Of a stretch of DNA of 64,000 nucleotides, positions 27,901 to 40,858 are shown piece after piece; the stretch's first letter is position 1; the number at the start of each line of letters is the position of its first letter. The stretch covers positions 20,584,001-20,648,000 of the forward strand of contig NC_047022.1 in assembly GCF_902652985.1 (NCBI RefSeq), written 5' to 3'. The notes beneath the pieces were generated by a model that worked only from the letters and a program-made list of their open reading frames with translations, was not told where the DNA came from and did not search any database. Position numbers and translations under genes: made by a program. This stretch comes from Pecten maximus (lineage: Eukaryota).

Positions 27901-30900
27901 ATTAAGATAATAATTGTGTAGCAGATATTTCACCCGAATATTTATTTATTCATTCATTTTGATGTACTTAGAGTATTTTTTTTTTATTCCTTTGTGTTTT
28001 TATTTTGAAGTGTTCATGCTCCATCGATAATTGAAGCCAACAATGTTTAAATTTATTCTTAAATTCCAAAATTATTTTGCAATACAATTAAACATCAGAA
28101 TGATTTGATAAAATGTCTGCCATCCTTACCATATCACATTCTTGAAAATCCAAGCGCGTTGAAAAAAAGGTCTAATAATTATATATATATTTGTAAGCCA
28201 TATCCAGTTTTAAACTTTGACTCATTCAAGAGACAGTCTAATACTTGCTTGTTTCGACATATGTTTTGTTATTTCGAAGCAATGCATTATTGAAATGCCT
28301 TTCTGAAGTTTTCATAGTTATTGCATAAATTTACCTTCCAGATCAGCTACCATATCAACAACTGCGACCTTGACCTTCGGATTAGTCAATGGCCTCATAG
28401 TGTTTTCGGTGCTTGGTGTGATGTCAGAGGAGATTGGTGTTCCTATCTCAGACTTAATGACCTCAGGCTAGTTATTTTTGTCAAATACCAAGCAACTTTT
28501 ATTTCTTAATATCAAATAATCATATTGAAAGTGATTCAATGTCGAAATTGCTATTTACATAAGGCAATTGTGTTTTATAACAAATAACATATTAGATGTA
28601 ATTAAGTAGAAGCTGTCAAAGGACGTCTGGACAAGTTATAACTTCTTTTAGACAGTTAAAAAACGCATATAGAATATTTTACTAATGTCCGTAAGCCTGA
28701 ATTTTTCATGTACCCAAAATTACTATGTTTATTTTGTTTTGTTTTTTTGTTTAGAAATTAATCATTCTAGCTAACACGACCCTAGTTGCGTCACAACAGG
28801 TTTTCGTATGTCCAATTCGTTGCCAACGTATATTGCGCCTACTAAGCCACTGTGTGGTTTCATCCGTTCTTACATCGCGATTCAAGCGTTTTTATGGACA
28901 ACAATAATGTAACATACGATAAGCAGTATTTTGTTTGCATTAACCAAATGGGGAAATTCTTTTCCCGATATACGTCCGTCTTCTGTATGCCTCGAGAATC
29001 GTGCATTTATTTTGTAGCCCTCCTTGTAAGAACAAAATCGCGTGATAAATGTATCGACCAATGGAAAGATAGGTTGATGCTTCCGAAGGGATATAAAACA
29101 GTACAGGACACCCAAAGGCTTTGCAACTTGTCCGGAATACCTTTTAGGTTAAAGTTAAAGTTTACATTTGTTTAAACATATACGTAAATAAGTAAATGTT
29201 TATACGTTCTTCTTATTTCTAAACTTTACTTTAAATATAAAATTGACGAATGACTCTCCTTTGCGTTTTTAGGTGGTTTTTCCATTGGATTCATAGCTTA
29301 TCCCAAGGCCCTGAGTTATTTCCACTTGCCACAAACTTAGTGTGCTATCTTTTACCTGGTCATTCTACTTCCGGGGTTGGATGCCATGGTAACAAGCGTT
29401 TGTATCAACACGTACATGTATTTATAGCACATGTCATCCTAATAGTGTTTGCTCTTAGGGTTTTATCAGTCTGCTCTATTTTTAAGTACATGGATTCTAA
29501 TTACTCTGATTGGTCATTGCTTGACAGCCGATTGGCCAAAGGATGAGTAAACTAAATTCGCAATAGAAATAATACGGAAAGAAGAGCTATAATATCAGAT
29601 ATTCGTTTGACAGTAAACAATATAGATATGCATTTAAAGACATATGTATATTTGATTGGTTTTGTCGCTACCTGGGACAATATCTTTGAAAGAAGTAAAT
29701 AGTTATTTGTTAATGATATACTTTTTAGTAGTATCTAAAATGCAAAACATCGGGGTTAGATAAAAACGAAGAAGCTAAAGAATTGTCATCTAATTGCAAT
29801 TGTATAATAATTTTAACCGTTGCGTCATATTCAAATGTATTTAAATATCAACATTGTTATGTAATTATTTAACAGGCGATACTAACAGAGCCATTTCTGA
29901 TGATCTTAGAGGAAATGTTCCCTAAACTATTGAACAATCGAAGGATTCCTCTGTTGGCTGTCGTCAGTATTGTGATGTTTCTGCTTGGCTTACCGCATGC
30001 TACACAGGTAATGTTCCTTTAGTAAGCGGGACAAAATAACAATTGTTAATCAACTTACATATGTATATATAGGTTGTGTGAGTGACTTTGCGCCAGATAA
30101 TATCAACATGTTTTGTTGGTTTTAATTTGTCACATTATTTTATACTGATTATGCTGCCTTCTATCAAGTGTTTTTTTATACACCTATTAGCTATAGCTAA
30201 GCTAACTACTTTGTATTCAAGTTATATATGTATATACAGTTTATGTATATTAGTGTGTGTGTGAAAGTTGTCTTTTTTTCTTTCTGGATCATGTGAATAC
30301 TTTATGACGAAAATCTGAATAAAAATGTCAAAAGTAAAATAAAAAAACAACAACCTAATACGTTAATCATTAACAAAATTAACCACTGCCAACTTTCCTC
30401 AACCACACACTCCATTACATACAGAAATACGGAAGGGCTCACATAGGACTATCAAAGGGGTGGGTACACTGGAATAAGTTTGTCCGTCCGTCTGTTGGTA
30501 TCGGGATCATGTCCGTACAACGCCTTCTGCAGCTTTGATTACAACTTTGTGAAACTATTTGGATTATAGTCATCACAAACCAGTGTATCTAGGGTTATTA
30601 TGGACCTGTTTAGTTAGCACATTACAATTGTGCATATTTAGCAATCTTGGTTACGCCTATCGTTTATTGCAATAATGTTCCTTTAACTATGTTTGTAGGC
30701 AGAATCTTGTCCTGAGAACTCTTCAATAACTCTTAAATATTGTGTAGTCAGCACAAACTGAAGGTGTGCAGCTGTGCTTACTGACTTGCATAACCTTCAC
30801 AGATATATCTCATTTCATATATCTGTAGAGGTTACCTTTCTTATTTTTTGCACATTTTATTCATATCTTAGTTAACATGTGATTTTAGAGAGTGAGAAAC

Positions 30901-33162
30901 GGGTTGGAGTTGGGAGCTTGGTGTATTGGTCAGACATCCCTGAGATTATACAGTAATGATTTGACATCTCCCGACATCTCCGATGAATCCTAGAAGGACG
31001 AAACGTCTGAATGTTGTCAGTGTAATCCATTCCTCTGCATTTGATTGAACTCTGAATTAATTTTGAAAAATGCTAATATCTTGTGTCTTTTTTTATAATC
31101 CTTTGAGATTGCAAGTGTTAGACACTACTGGTGGAATGTTAGTCCCCGCATTTTAATTCATTTTTGTGGTGACGCGGTTCGGAATATACACAATACATGT
31201 ACTTAACGTTTTGATATTTTAAACTAGGAAAATGATTGAATTATGAATCTTTTGCAACTACTCATTCAGATTTTGGCATAGCTTCCATTAGCATCACTAA
31301 CCTGGAACGAAAAAAGAACTGTATGGTGCAGTGCCGTTTGTTTTTTACTCTAAATGTGTTTTCAAATGTGATAATCTTTTGTCTTCTGTAGTCCTTATGA
31401 TAATATAACAAATTACTAAAACTATTTTTCTCACTGCTGATTTTAGTACAGTTCAATGTTTAATACTCCTGTTCATTTATGTTATAATAGGCCGGCGTCT
31501 ACATATTTCTGCTGGTGGACTGGTACACAGGAACCTGGAGTGTTATGTTGATATGTATGGCCGAGTGTATCGCATTTGCCTGGTTTTATGGTAAGTATAT
31601 ACCAGTTTTTTTCGAACGTTTTTTTTTAATTGACAGTGAAGAGTACGTCTTTATGCTATCGTTCGTCGCTTTTGATAACCCTATTTACTCCACAACATAT
31701 AAATGGCATGTATCAATTATTCCAGATTTTAGTTTAGTCGCCTCCTAAAATCAATTAAGCATCAATGGAAGACAAGTCCTAGAAGGACGAAACAAATATG
31801 AGATGGAATTCATTTTGGCTCCTCTGTATCTGGAAGGTGCTAATAATTTGCGTGTCTTTGTACAATCCTTAAAAACCATATCATCAGTCATTAATCAAAT
31901 TATATATCGTTCGAGACTTACGCTGCATTTGATTGGCCGCAATTGAGGATATACCTTTATTGGAGTATGATGAAGAGAATCAAGTTTAAACCCTGTATCA
32001 GAAAAATCAAATAAACTTTACAGGTACACACAGGGATAGATCGTGACGTCCGCCTGATGCTCAATCGACCACTCCCCGCCATTGTCCGTATAAGTACAGC
32101 GTTTATTATGCCTGTTTTTCTCACGGTAAGTAAGGTAATCACTACACTCTTACATTAGTTCATAAATATATGAATGCAATACAGTTTCATATTAATAATA
32201 ACAGTTATGAGATCATTCAAAATGTCTATAGTCCCGTGTCATAATCTATAAAACAACTTTATAAATAAGTTAAGTGTAACATCGCTTATGATTTTGCCAA
32301 TAAAAAAAACAGTTCGATTCTTAAAGTTTATACGGTTAAAAATAAAGGTATTTTTCAATAAAACCTATTGGTGTGATAATAGCAGTTGCCTTCAAAGACG
32401 ACTTGAAGGACTTTGCAGCATGCAATAGATTTGATAAGTTTTGGTTTCGACAGGGTGAAACATTAGTTATGTTGGTTGAACTGCAATACGATTCCCGCAA
32501 AATTACCGAAATTTTCGGAATAAATTATGCTTAATTAATGATGGTTTTGTTTCCGCCAGTGTCTCCTCGTGATCAGTGTCTTTACATACAAGCCGCCGTC
32601 CTTTGGAGAGTATAACTACCCTGTGTATGCCCGGGCTATAGGATGGTGTTTTACAATGTCTTCCCTATTACCAGCTCTTGGTTATTCTGTTTGGGTCATA
32701 GTGAAAGCAGATGGACCATTTAGACAGGTAAGCCCGTAATGTACTGGTGTTATCGATATTTACGAATAATTTTGGTATCAGCCTTATTTCCTTTTTGAAA
32801 TGCATTACTTTTCCAATACAACTTAATTTTCCAAAGTCGGCTTATGCATGTACGGTTCAAATTAATTCGTGCCCAGTAAGTCAGACTTCAAATCCTCAAA
32901 CTTTGACAGGAACGCAGAATATCGGATTATAATTAAAGGTCTTGTTTTTATCAGATCGATGTGTGTGTCTACGTTTCAGCGGATCAGACATCTTGCACGC
33001 CACACAATGCAGTGGGTTCCAGCCAGTGTGAATGTCGAGGACATCTACAGAGACTCGGAACGTTCAGCGGAATTTACCTGGAAACAACTGTTCTGGTTTA
33101 ATCTTACAGGACGAGGTGGCATTGTTATAAAGGACTGTGGGGACTCTGTACCAATGTTGTAG
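21924..33162 (+). CDS. SLC6-family transporter, paralog B; 14 coding exons, ~619 aa; disrupted as assembled (recent pseudogene or consensus errors)
   Basis: Exons: 21924-22053, 22201-22332, 24249-24469, 25882-25961, 26221-26353, 27318-27452, 27785-27888, 28342-28466, 29273-29388, 29876-30007, 31491-31590, 32024-32125, 32560-32727, 32980-33162. Same intron positions and phases as A. Lesions: GC donor AG|GCTAGT at 28467; in-frame TAG at 29338-29340 where A has TGG; extra G at 32033-32035 (exon 102 nt against 101 nt). Confidence 0.9.
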
Positions 33163-34278
33163 GTGATGTACGGGTATAATGTGCTAATTAACATCTAAAT
33201 TCCAAGTAACGTCACTAATTTCAACGTCGGAGCATTAAAATTATGGAAAAACAATGAGATGATATACGCATATAAACACATACACCTTTTATTTTTGAAT
33301 GAGTCGATGATATGAAAGGCTGTTCACTTTCATCAAAGTAATGTGGATCACTGTACAGTGGAACAATCACCTTGGATGGATTAGAGAGTTTGAGGTAGCA
33401 TGAATGGGTACATGCAGAGGTAAATTCAAAACAAATTTTCAATCGGATACAGAATGCAAATGACATATTCAACTGATCCATTTAAACATTTCTGTCATAG
33501 AAACCGAGCCAATATAAGGAGATGAAGCCTCATCCATGGCAGATTACGTACAAAATTCACGACAGCACATGCTCAGCAATTTAATAGTTTTATTCTTTTG
33601 TGCAATGCCATTTAAAATTCGTATTCTCTATCATCGATTAAACGAAATACACGACACGAGACACGAATAATCTTCTTGCCTGAATTTAATTTACAGAGTA
33701 CTGATTCAAAGTGTTATTCAACTATACGAGTATCAGGAAAGAAGGAGTTATAGGGCTTTGCCCGTTGTACAAGCTATGGACTGTTACATCTTTGCTGTGT
33801 CAACAATAAAATATTTTGAAATTTACATGCATATATTGAGATGTAACTTTCATATTGAACAGCAAATGATTCTGAATCCCTAATAAAGACCACTTATTGA
33901 TTGGAGCAATCATGACTTAACAGTAATTCTAAAGGCTATTCCAGTACCCACCAAAGAATGTGATCTAATTCAAACTGTAACTGTAATAAGCTGCATTTTC
34001 ATAAACATCAACCATGCAAAATTTTCTTGATTTGTTTAGTCCTCCAATGGATATGTTTTACTGAAATACTGTTGAGGAAAAGGCTCAGTAGGACAGTTCT
34101 TCAAATAACCATTTTGTTCTATCTGTATAGATTTTCTACATTGTTCAGTAATAGAAGACTCATCATAAATATAAACTGGTAATATACAAAGCATGACGCC
34201 TATGCAAAAATGGAAACAGATGATAACTGAAGATAAACGCTTCAGAATAATTTACAATGAAGAACAAAACATTCTGTG

Positions 34279-37200
34279 TCATAAATTGTTGTAACTTGCT
34301 ATAACTTGTTCTAAAGTCACAAAACTGTCTAAGAAATCCTCTTCGGCCAGTCCATGACGTACATACTGATGTACATACGCACGGGAGGAGAACATACTCC
34401 AAGCTTTGTCCACTATATGATCCAGTGTCCGTACAGGTGTCCGACTGTTGGACACCAGGGAAGCACTCTTCTCATAGTTACCGAAAAGACGTGGCTGAGC
34501 TCCGGTGAGGAGACAAGCCCCTGGGGGTACCCAGGGGGCATACAAGGAAGGATCAGCAAACATGGAGGTGTCCGCAGATGCAGCATCCTTACCACGAAGC
34601 ACCAGGAAGTTTGCAAGGGACCGGTTGTGGCGACTAGTCCCCCGCGGAGTTTCATCTCCAAGCTTGACTTGCCAGTTAATACCTGAAATATGATTTTGTT
34701 TGTCTGATTTCAATTCCTTGAAAACACTTTTTAATATCAGACGTTGATACAATCACCATCATACAGACGTTAATGATTAATGTTTATTTCTTATTTTATT
34801 TTCTAAAGTTGATTTTTAGACATTCATGCAGAACTATCAATACACACCATGACTTAAGGCTCATTTACTGTCAAACATGCAAGCAACAGTGTTTATAAAA
34901 TTTGATGATAGTATAATTTGTCTTTAGAAGTTGTTGTTAAATAAATATCAACACCATGTCATGCATATACGAGGGTTGATTGATATGTTGTGATACTCAT
35001 ATTGAAGGATTTAAATTTTGGCGGATATATTGTATTCTTTTTTCAACATAATTTACTTCAGTATCTATACACTTTCGCCAGCGGTATTTAAGGGCTTCAA
35101 TGCCACTTTTATAGAACTCCTTTTCTTGGCTGTTCAGAAAGTCATCCAAAATGGGTGTCTGAAATAGCTGTTTTCAGTTTTGGAAATAACTGAAAGACTG
35201 ATGGATCAGGTGATTACAGCGGATGCTCAATCAGTTTAAAACCACAATCGTGAATGGCAGCCATATGGAAATGACAGATTCTTTCACCCTAAGACTAACC
35301 AATTTTGTCCATTTTGCAAAAGCCGCTTGTCTTCTTTACTTTAGAGTGCTACCTCGTCGATATAAACTAAATACATTAGACCAGTCCTTGGTTACACGGC
35401 CTTATATAGTCAGAGAATAATAGGACTTAAAAAGAACATCCTCGAGTGCCTCCTTCAATACGAGGCTCACAGAGTATCAATCGACCCTCGTACTTTACAG
35501 TCCCAAAAGAAAACATCATTGTAACAGAACAGTTGTAAGAGGTAAGGAAATGCATGAAAAGTTCTCTACTCGCTTAATGATGATGATATAAATCTGCATA
35601 TAATCAAAACCAGACATGTTTTCTTTTTGTATAGTATGCAACCTTTACTGACCTTCCTCCATCGCAGCATCAGCTATAAGCATTTGCCTCAGGTGTTTGA
35701 GCAGGCCATGCCACTGATAAGATGAGAATGTCATGGCTGCCTCAGACATCTGTGGAATGTTCTTTACTGTTAACAACTTGTAGTCATTGTGGGGGACCAA
35801 GTGTTCCATCAACTCTCCTGTAACAAAGGTCAAGGCCATGACAAGTAAACGTCAATGCCATTACAAGTAAATGACAAAGTAATGATAAGTAAAAGGGAAG
35901 GAAATGCTTATTAAAGGCCAAGGTCGTGAGAAGTACAATCTATAAGCACTATTCAAGCTGTTCCCTTGTTACAGCAGGAAAAATCATAAGCACTCAAAGG
36001 CAACGACTCAGATGATTACTACATCTGTAATACTATAAGGGCTGGTTTGGTATTGTATAACATAACGTCCTATCAACAGATTGAGGTCTTTAAAGCTCTA
36101 GGATGGCAATATCAGCTCTCTAAAATCAAAGGTCAAATGCTACTAATAGAGTTCTTGGGGTAAGCCTTATCAAGCAGCATACAAGGTTATCAGGCTATAA
36201 TAGTTACTAACCAAAGTATTTTCATTTTTATTTTATGTCCCATTTTAGGGCCAAGACAAGGTTAAACATTTCCAATCCCTAGAGCTGTTGTCAATCTGAA
36301 GTGTTCGATGTTGGAGATTTAGCGTGACAACATTTATCACAAAGATCATGACAACGTTTGAGACTACACTAATTATATACCAGCTTTCTGAAACACAAAC
36401 GGCAAAAGTAAGGTAAATGCCTCTTTTTTCAGATAACAAAACTTGTTATGGATGATCTTTTTTAAAAGGGCAAAGATCAAGAGTAGTTATACCAGAGCTT
36501 TTGATAAAGAGCAAAGTTCAGGAGTAATTATACACGATCATTCGATAGATGGGCAAAGGTCAAAAGTAGTTAAACTAGAGCTTTTAATAAAGGGCAAAAG
36601 CCAGGAGTAATCATACACGATCTTTGGATATAGATCCTACCAGATTTTAAAATAAAGGTCAAAGGTCAAATGTAGCTATACCAGATATATTATACAAGAT
36701 TTTTCAGGAAAGGGAAATACCAGATTTTTTTAATTGGGAACTATCACGTGGAGAAACAATACTGGATCTTTTAATAAAAGGAAAATGTCAACAGAAGTAG
36801 TATCAAATCATTTTAATAAAGGGCAAAGGTCGGTCAAGAGTAGTTATACCAGATCATTAAATGAAGGGCAAAGGTCAAGAGTAGTTATACCAGGTCATTA
36901 AATAAAGGGCAAAGGTCAAGAGTAGTTATACCAGATCATTAAATAAAGGGCAAAGGTCAAGAGTAGTTATACCAGATCTTTAAATAAAGGGCAAAAGTCA
37001 ATAGTAGTTATACTAGATCTTCAAATAAAGGGCAAAGGTCAAAGCTATGTCCGATCTTTTTACAGAGATAATGTTGCAAGGTAGTAAAGTCAAATTAGTT
37101 TGACATATTTCTTCATAGACACCAATATCAAATCCAATGACCATCTTTATAATGATATTGTAATATACACAAAAAGCTCAATGTTTTGAAAAAAGACTTA

Positions 37201-39707
37201 CCAAGTGTGTTCTGACAGGAGTATCCAGGATATTTGTCTACAAGCACGGGCTGAAGTACACTAGCCAGTTTGTGTGTTATCACTTTGTTGATGTCACGGA
37301 AAGAAACCTTCTTGAGGTTCAGCAATTGGGAACAGATTTTTTGGATGTGGTCGTTCTCCATGACAATAAGGGCATCTGCAGTACGGTACAAATGTGACAG
37401 CGTCAGAACAGCATTGTAGTTCTGAACGATCACCTCTCCCATACTGTCAACAAACAGCAAACAGAATATGGTTACTTCCAAAACATCCATTATTTTTCAA
37501 GAAGCTTTTCAGAGATAAAACTACTAGTAGATATAGACAGTAATGTAACATAGAACAAACTTTGATATGAATAGACTCTTATTTAGTGTTAATTTCACAT
37601 CAAATTTTAAGAATCAAGTTTTTAAAAAAAGTTTATTTTTATTACAAGCCTTGATGAGCAAAATTAAAACTTTGAGAAAAGTATTATAAAATTTTCATAT
37701 GAAATAAAAAACTTATCATAAAATTTGCTATGAAATAAATTTGTTTGTTAAAATAAATTAAGATACTTTTATCACATGATTCAGAAAAGTTTTTACACTT
37801 ATATCTCTTAGTACATACCTGTAGGGAAGAACTACTTGGTTAAGGAGGAAGGAATGAGGAAACTCATCCTTGATACACTCGGTTATATATGCCCCTACAC
37901 CAGATCCTGTGCCTCCAGCCACACTCATCAGGGACAAGAAGCCAGAAAGGTTGTCACATTTCTCAGCCTCTCTTTGGACCATTTCCATGACCTTGACCTC
38001 CTGTCCGTGACCATGGATACAGTAACCATGTGCCCAGTTGTTTCCAGACCCTTTCTGCTGACAAAGTTGTTGTTTGGCTGGATACATCCATTGCCCTGTC
38101 TTCTTCGCATCACTACATGTCTGGGCTATCACCTACAACATTGAGGGGAATAAGTATCACAATATATCAGGGATATCACCTGAAATATTGAAGAGAATTA
38201 TAATTACAACATGTCTGGGCTATCATCCAAAACATTGAGAGGAATAAGTATCACAATATATCAGGGATATCACCTGAAATATTGAAGAGAATTAGAATCA
38301 CAACATGTCTGGGCTATCATCCAAAACATTGAGAGGAATTAGTATTACAACATGTCTGGGCTGTCATCTACAACATTGAAGAGAATTAGTATCACAACGT
38401 GTCTGGGCTGTCATCTACAACATTGAAGAGAATTAGTATCACAACATGTCTGGGCTATCATCTACAATATTGAGGAGAATTAGCATCAAGTCTGGGTTAT
38501 CATCTTCTACAATAAGGAGAATTAGTATCACAAAAAAGATTGAAATTATATTACAGTTAATCAATTGATTAATTAATTACCTTCGGCTCCATATCAACCA
38601 TAACTGCCCGCGCCTCAGGGACACCTTCCTTGATATGATCCTTGTAGAAAAACCTGAGACAGAACTTCCTCTTTGTAGGTCTGGTTTTTATCAGGAGGAA
38701 CCTGAAAAAAATTTGATTGAATTATAATTTTATTTCAACATGTGTTCCATGATTCATTAACATATAGAGAGTGGAGCACCACATTAAAGATTCCCCGTAA
38801 TCAGTGGGTAGTTTCCTGGTTTTAATTGCAATTATAAATAACGACAGTATTGATTCTCACATGATATCATCATTAGGATATATATTCTATCATTTAACAT
38901 ACATTTGTAATTCTGTTGTAATTTATTTGTTAGATAGGCTTTAAACTATATATTCACTGATGATTTCCTACTTACATATGATCAATTTTGTAAACCAGGA
39001 ATTGAATTATCTATGCACAACATCTATAAGACCAATGTCTGATAGAGACATATATCTATATATGTCTCTGCTGATAGAAAACACAAACAAGTGTATTGCA
39101 GTTCTGCGGAAATGCTATCAAATGCTATTCTATTGCCCTGGAAAAAGTCAATCCCTTTGAGTAAAGCAATATCAAATCCACCTGTCCTTGTTACAGGACG
39201 GATACAATAATCTAAATTGAAGAGGGGGAAATGCAATGACTTGACCAGGACTCAAGTCAAGGACCTCCAAACTCTAGGTGGAAGCTTTGATAATTTGAGC
39301 TACCTTGCCACTGGCATCCAGCCCAGTTCAGTTTCACTGCAATTATTTGGCAAAATGACATCAGTCTCAGCATAAAAAAATCACAATTTTTTTTATTATA
39401 CTATTCTTTTAGTAATTCAGATTTTGAGGATTTAATTTAACCCGGATTTGACCTAGATCAGCATGGAGGGTGTTGTTGAAGCAGACCCTGGTGTAACAAT
39501 CTCCTTGTTATATTTATCATTTTTCTATCAAATTCTGGGCTAATTTGTTCCTAGATTTACCCCCTTTGATGAATATTGAGTATTAAATCAACCTCTGTTT
39601 ACCTGTGTTTGTGAAGGTTTGGTAAGAACATCCTCGATGAAAGTCTGAAACAGCTGACCTCCAACCTGATTCCCACACTGGCCAAGTTGTAGTGTGATAA
39701 CAGACAT
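34279..39707 (-). CDS. TUBD1: Tubulin delta chain; 6 coding exons, ~449 aa; +1 frameshift in exon 2 as assembled
   Basis: Exons (minus): 39603-39707, 38581-38701, 37819-38132, 37202-37443, 35653-35817, 34279-34682. Motifs [74 protein letters not shown]-terminal [18 protein letters not shown] match delta-tubulin. Exon 2 is 121 nt between two phase-0 junctions. Confidence 0.95.
34970..35490 (-). mobile_element. Non-autonomous mariner element (internally deleted), in the last TUBD1 intron
   Basis: TA-flanked TIRs CGAGGGTTGATTGATA / TATCAATCGACCCTCG; decayed HP..SPD..LFPKLK and C-terminal transposase remnants on the minus strand; homologous to 51663-52197. Confidence 0.85.
36465..37045. repeat. 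41-bp minisatellite (AAATAAAGGGCAAAGGTCAAGAGTAGTTATACCAGATCATT)
   Basis: Period of 41 is clear at 36815-37042, with degenerate copies back to ~36465. Confidence 0.9.
38116..38532. repeat. 47-bp tandem repeat built from the TUBD1 intron 2/exon 3 junction
   Basis: Unit CATGTCTGGGCTATCATCTACAACATTGAAGAGAATTAGTATCACAA; starts at 38351, 38398, 38445; about 9 copies; the first copy overlaps the exon 3 acceptor at 38132/38133. Confidence 0.9.
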
Positions 39708-40858
39708 CCTAATAACTTTGCTCAAATGGTCAAATGACTAGCAGCCATTTAAAATCTGGCACCATATTAATGCAACTGGAAGAGAATAAAAAAAAATAAC
39801 AATACTACTTCAGATTTTATAACATATAATCAAGCTTCACAAAACTTTGAAATGACTTTTTTATTTATAAAAAAATAATTAATTTTCCATTGTTTGTATG
39901 CAGAATGCGGCTTTCTGATTGGTTGAAATTTTTTTTTCATACCACTATGAAAAAAATTCTGAGAATGCCGCGAAAAATGTGACGTCACAATACGACAATT
40001 GACGTGTATTGATTAGAGAAAAAGAATCCCATATAAAACCAGTAAAATCGTACATAAAACATGTTTTTAATTATAATATTATTTTCAAAAATTAATTATA
40101 TGTGTTGATGTCAATTATTCTTCAGTTTCATAGGGGATATGAAAAAAAGTTTGTTTGCAAACTTCTGTAAGAATCCACTAGATTCTATGTGGATTCATAC
40201 AGTTTGCAAACAAAATTTAAAAAAAAAATGAAAAAAAATGAAAAAAAAAAGTATTTTGTCAACTAAATCGCATTGTTTAAATTCTATGAGATGCATTTAA
40301 TTATTTATCCACTTTCAAAACAGAATTCAATCTCAAGCTTTCGACACGTTTTAAAAATAGTGTAAGGTTAAAGTATGGAACTTTTGTTTCTTTTTATGAC
40401 AATATAAAACGGTCTACTGTTGTTTTCAACAGATCATAATGTTTGAGAAACTATACATACATTTCGACATTGAGTCTTTCAACCAACATGAAAAATATAT
40501 CTGAAACATTCCAAATAGTTTATTGTCAAATAGTAATAGGCCTGAATATGAACCCTTTCATTATAATGATAGCAGCATATTTTGAGTCAAGTGTGAGAGT
40601 TAAAAACATTGAGTGACGTGCAAATCAATAGAACGAATATTCACACCCTGCCTACAACGACCATCTGTCAGAAATTGTCCGTCCGTCGTCCAGGGCAGAG
40701 CTACATGTAGCCTAATACAACACACTACTATTTGGACAGACCTGTTGTTATTAATTTAACAATGTACATTCAGCTATAATGATCAGTGTGGATAAGGTGA
40801 GATTGATAAATGCAATCAAGGTCTGCACCTGGATTTTTTCTGCGATGACTTTAAAACT

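Noticed and set aside
30985-31875. Short degenerate duplication (TCCTAGAAGGACGAAAC...) on both sides of SLC6-B exon 11, as a possible duplicated or mutually exclusive exon
   Set aside because: No second copy of the exon coding sequence was found; only intronic sequence is similar.
34354-34693. Antisense and alternative-frame ORFs over TUBD1, TRIM and Kv exons
   Set aside because: Shadows of real coding sequence with no independent motifs.
38133-38180. Use of a decoy acceptor 47 nt upstream to compensate the TUBD1 exon 2 frameshift (121+47=168)
   Set aside because: The shifted frame reaches TGA at 38615-38617 inside exon 2 and loses the DMEPK motif, so downstream compensation cannot work.
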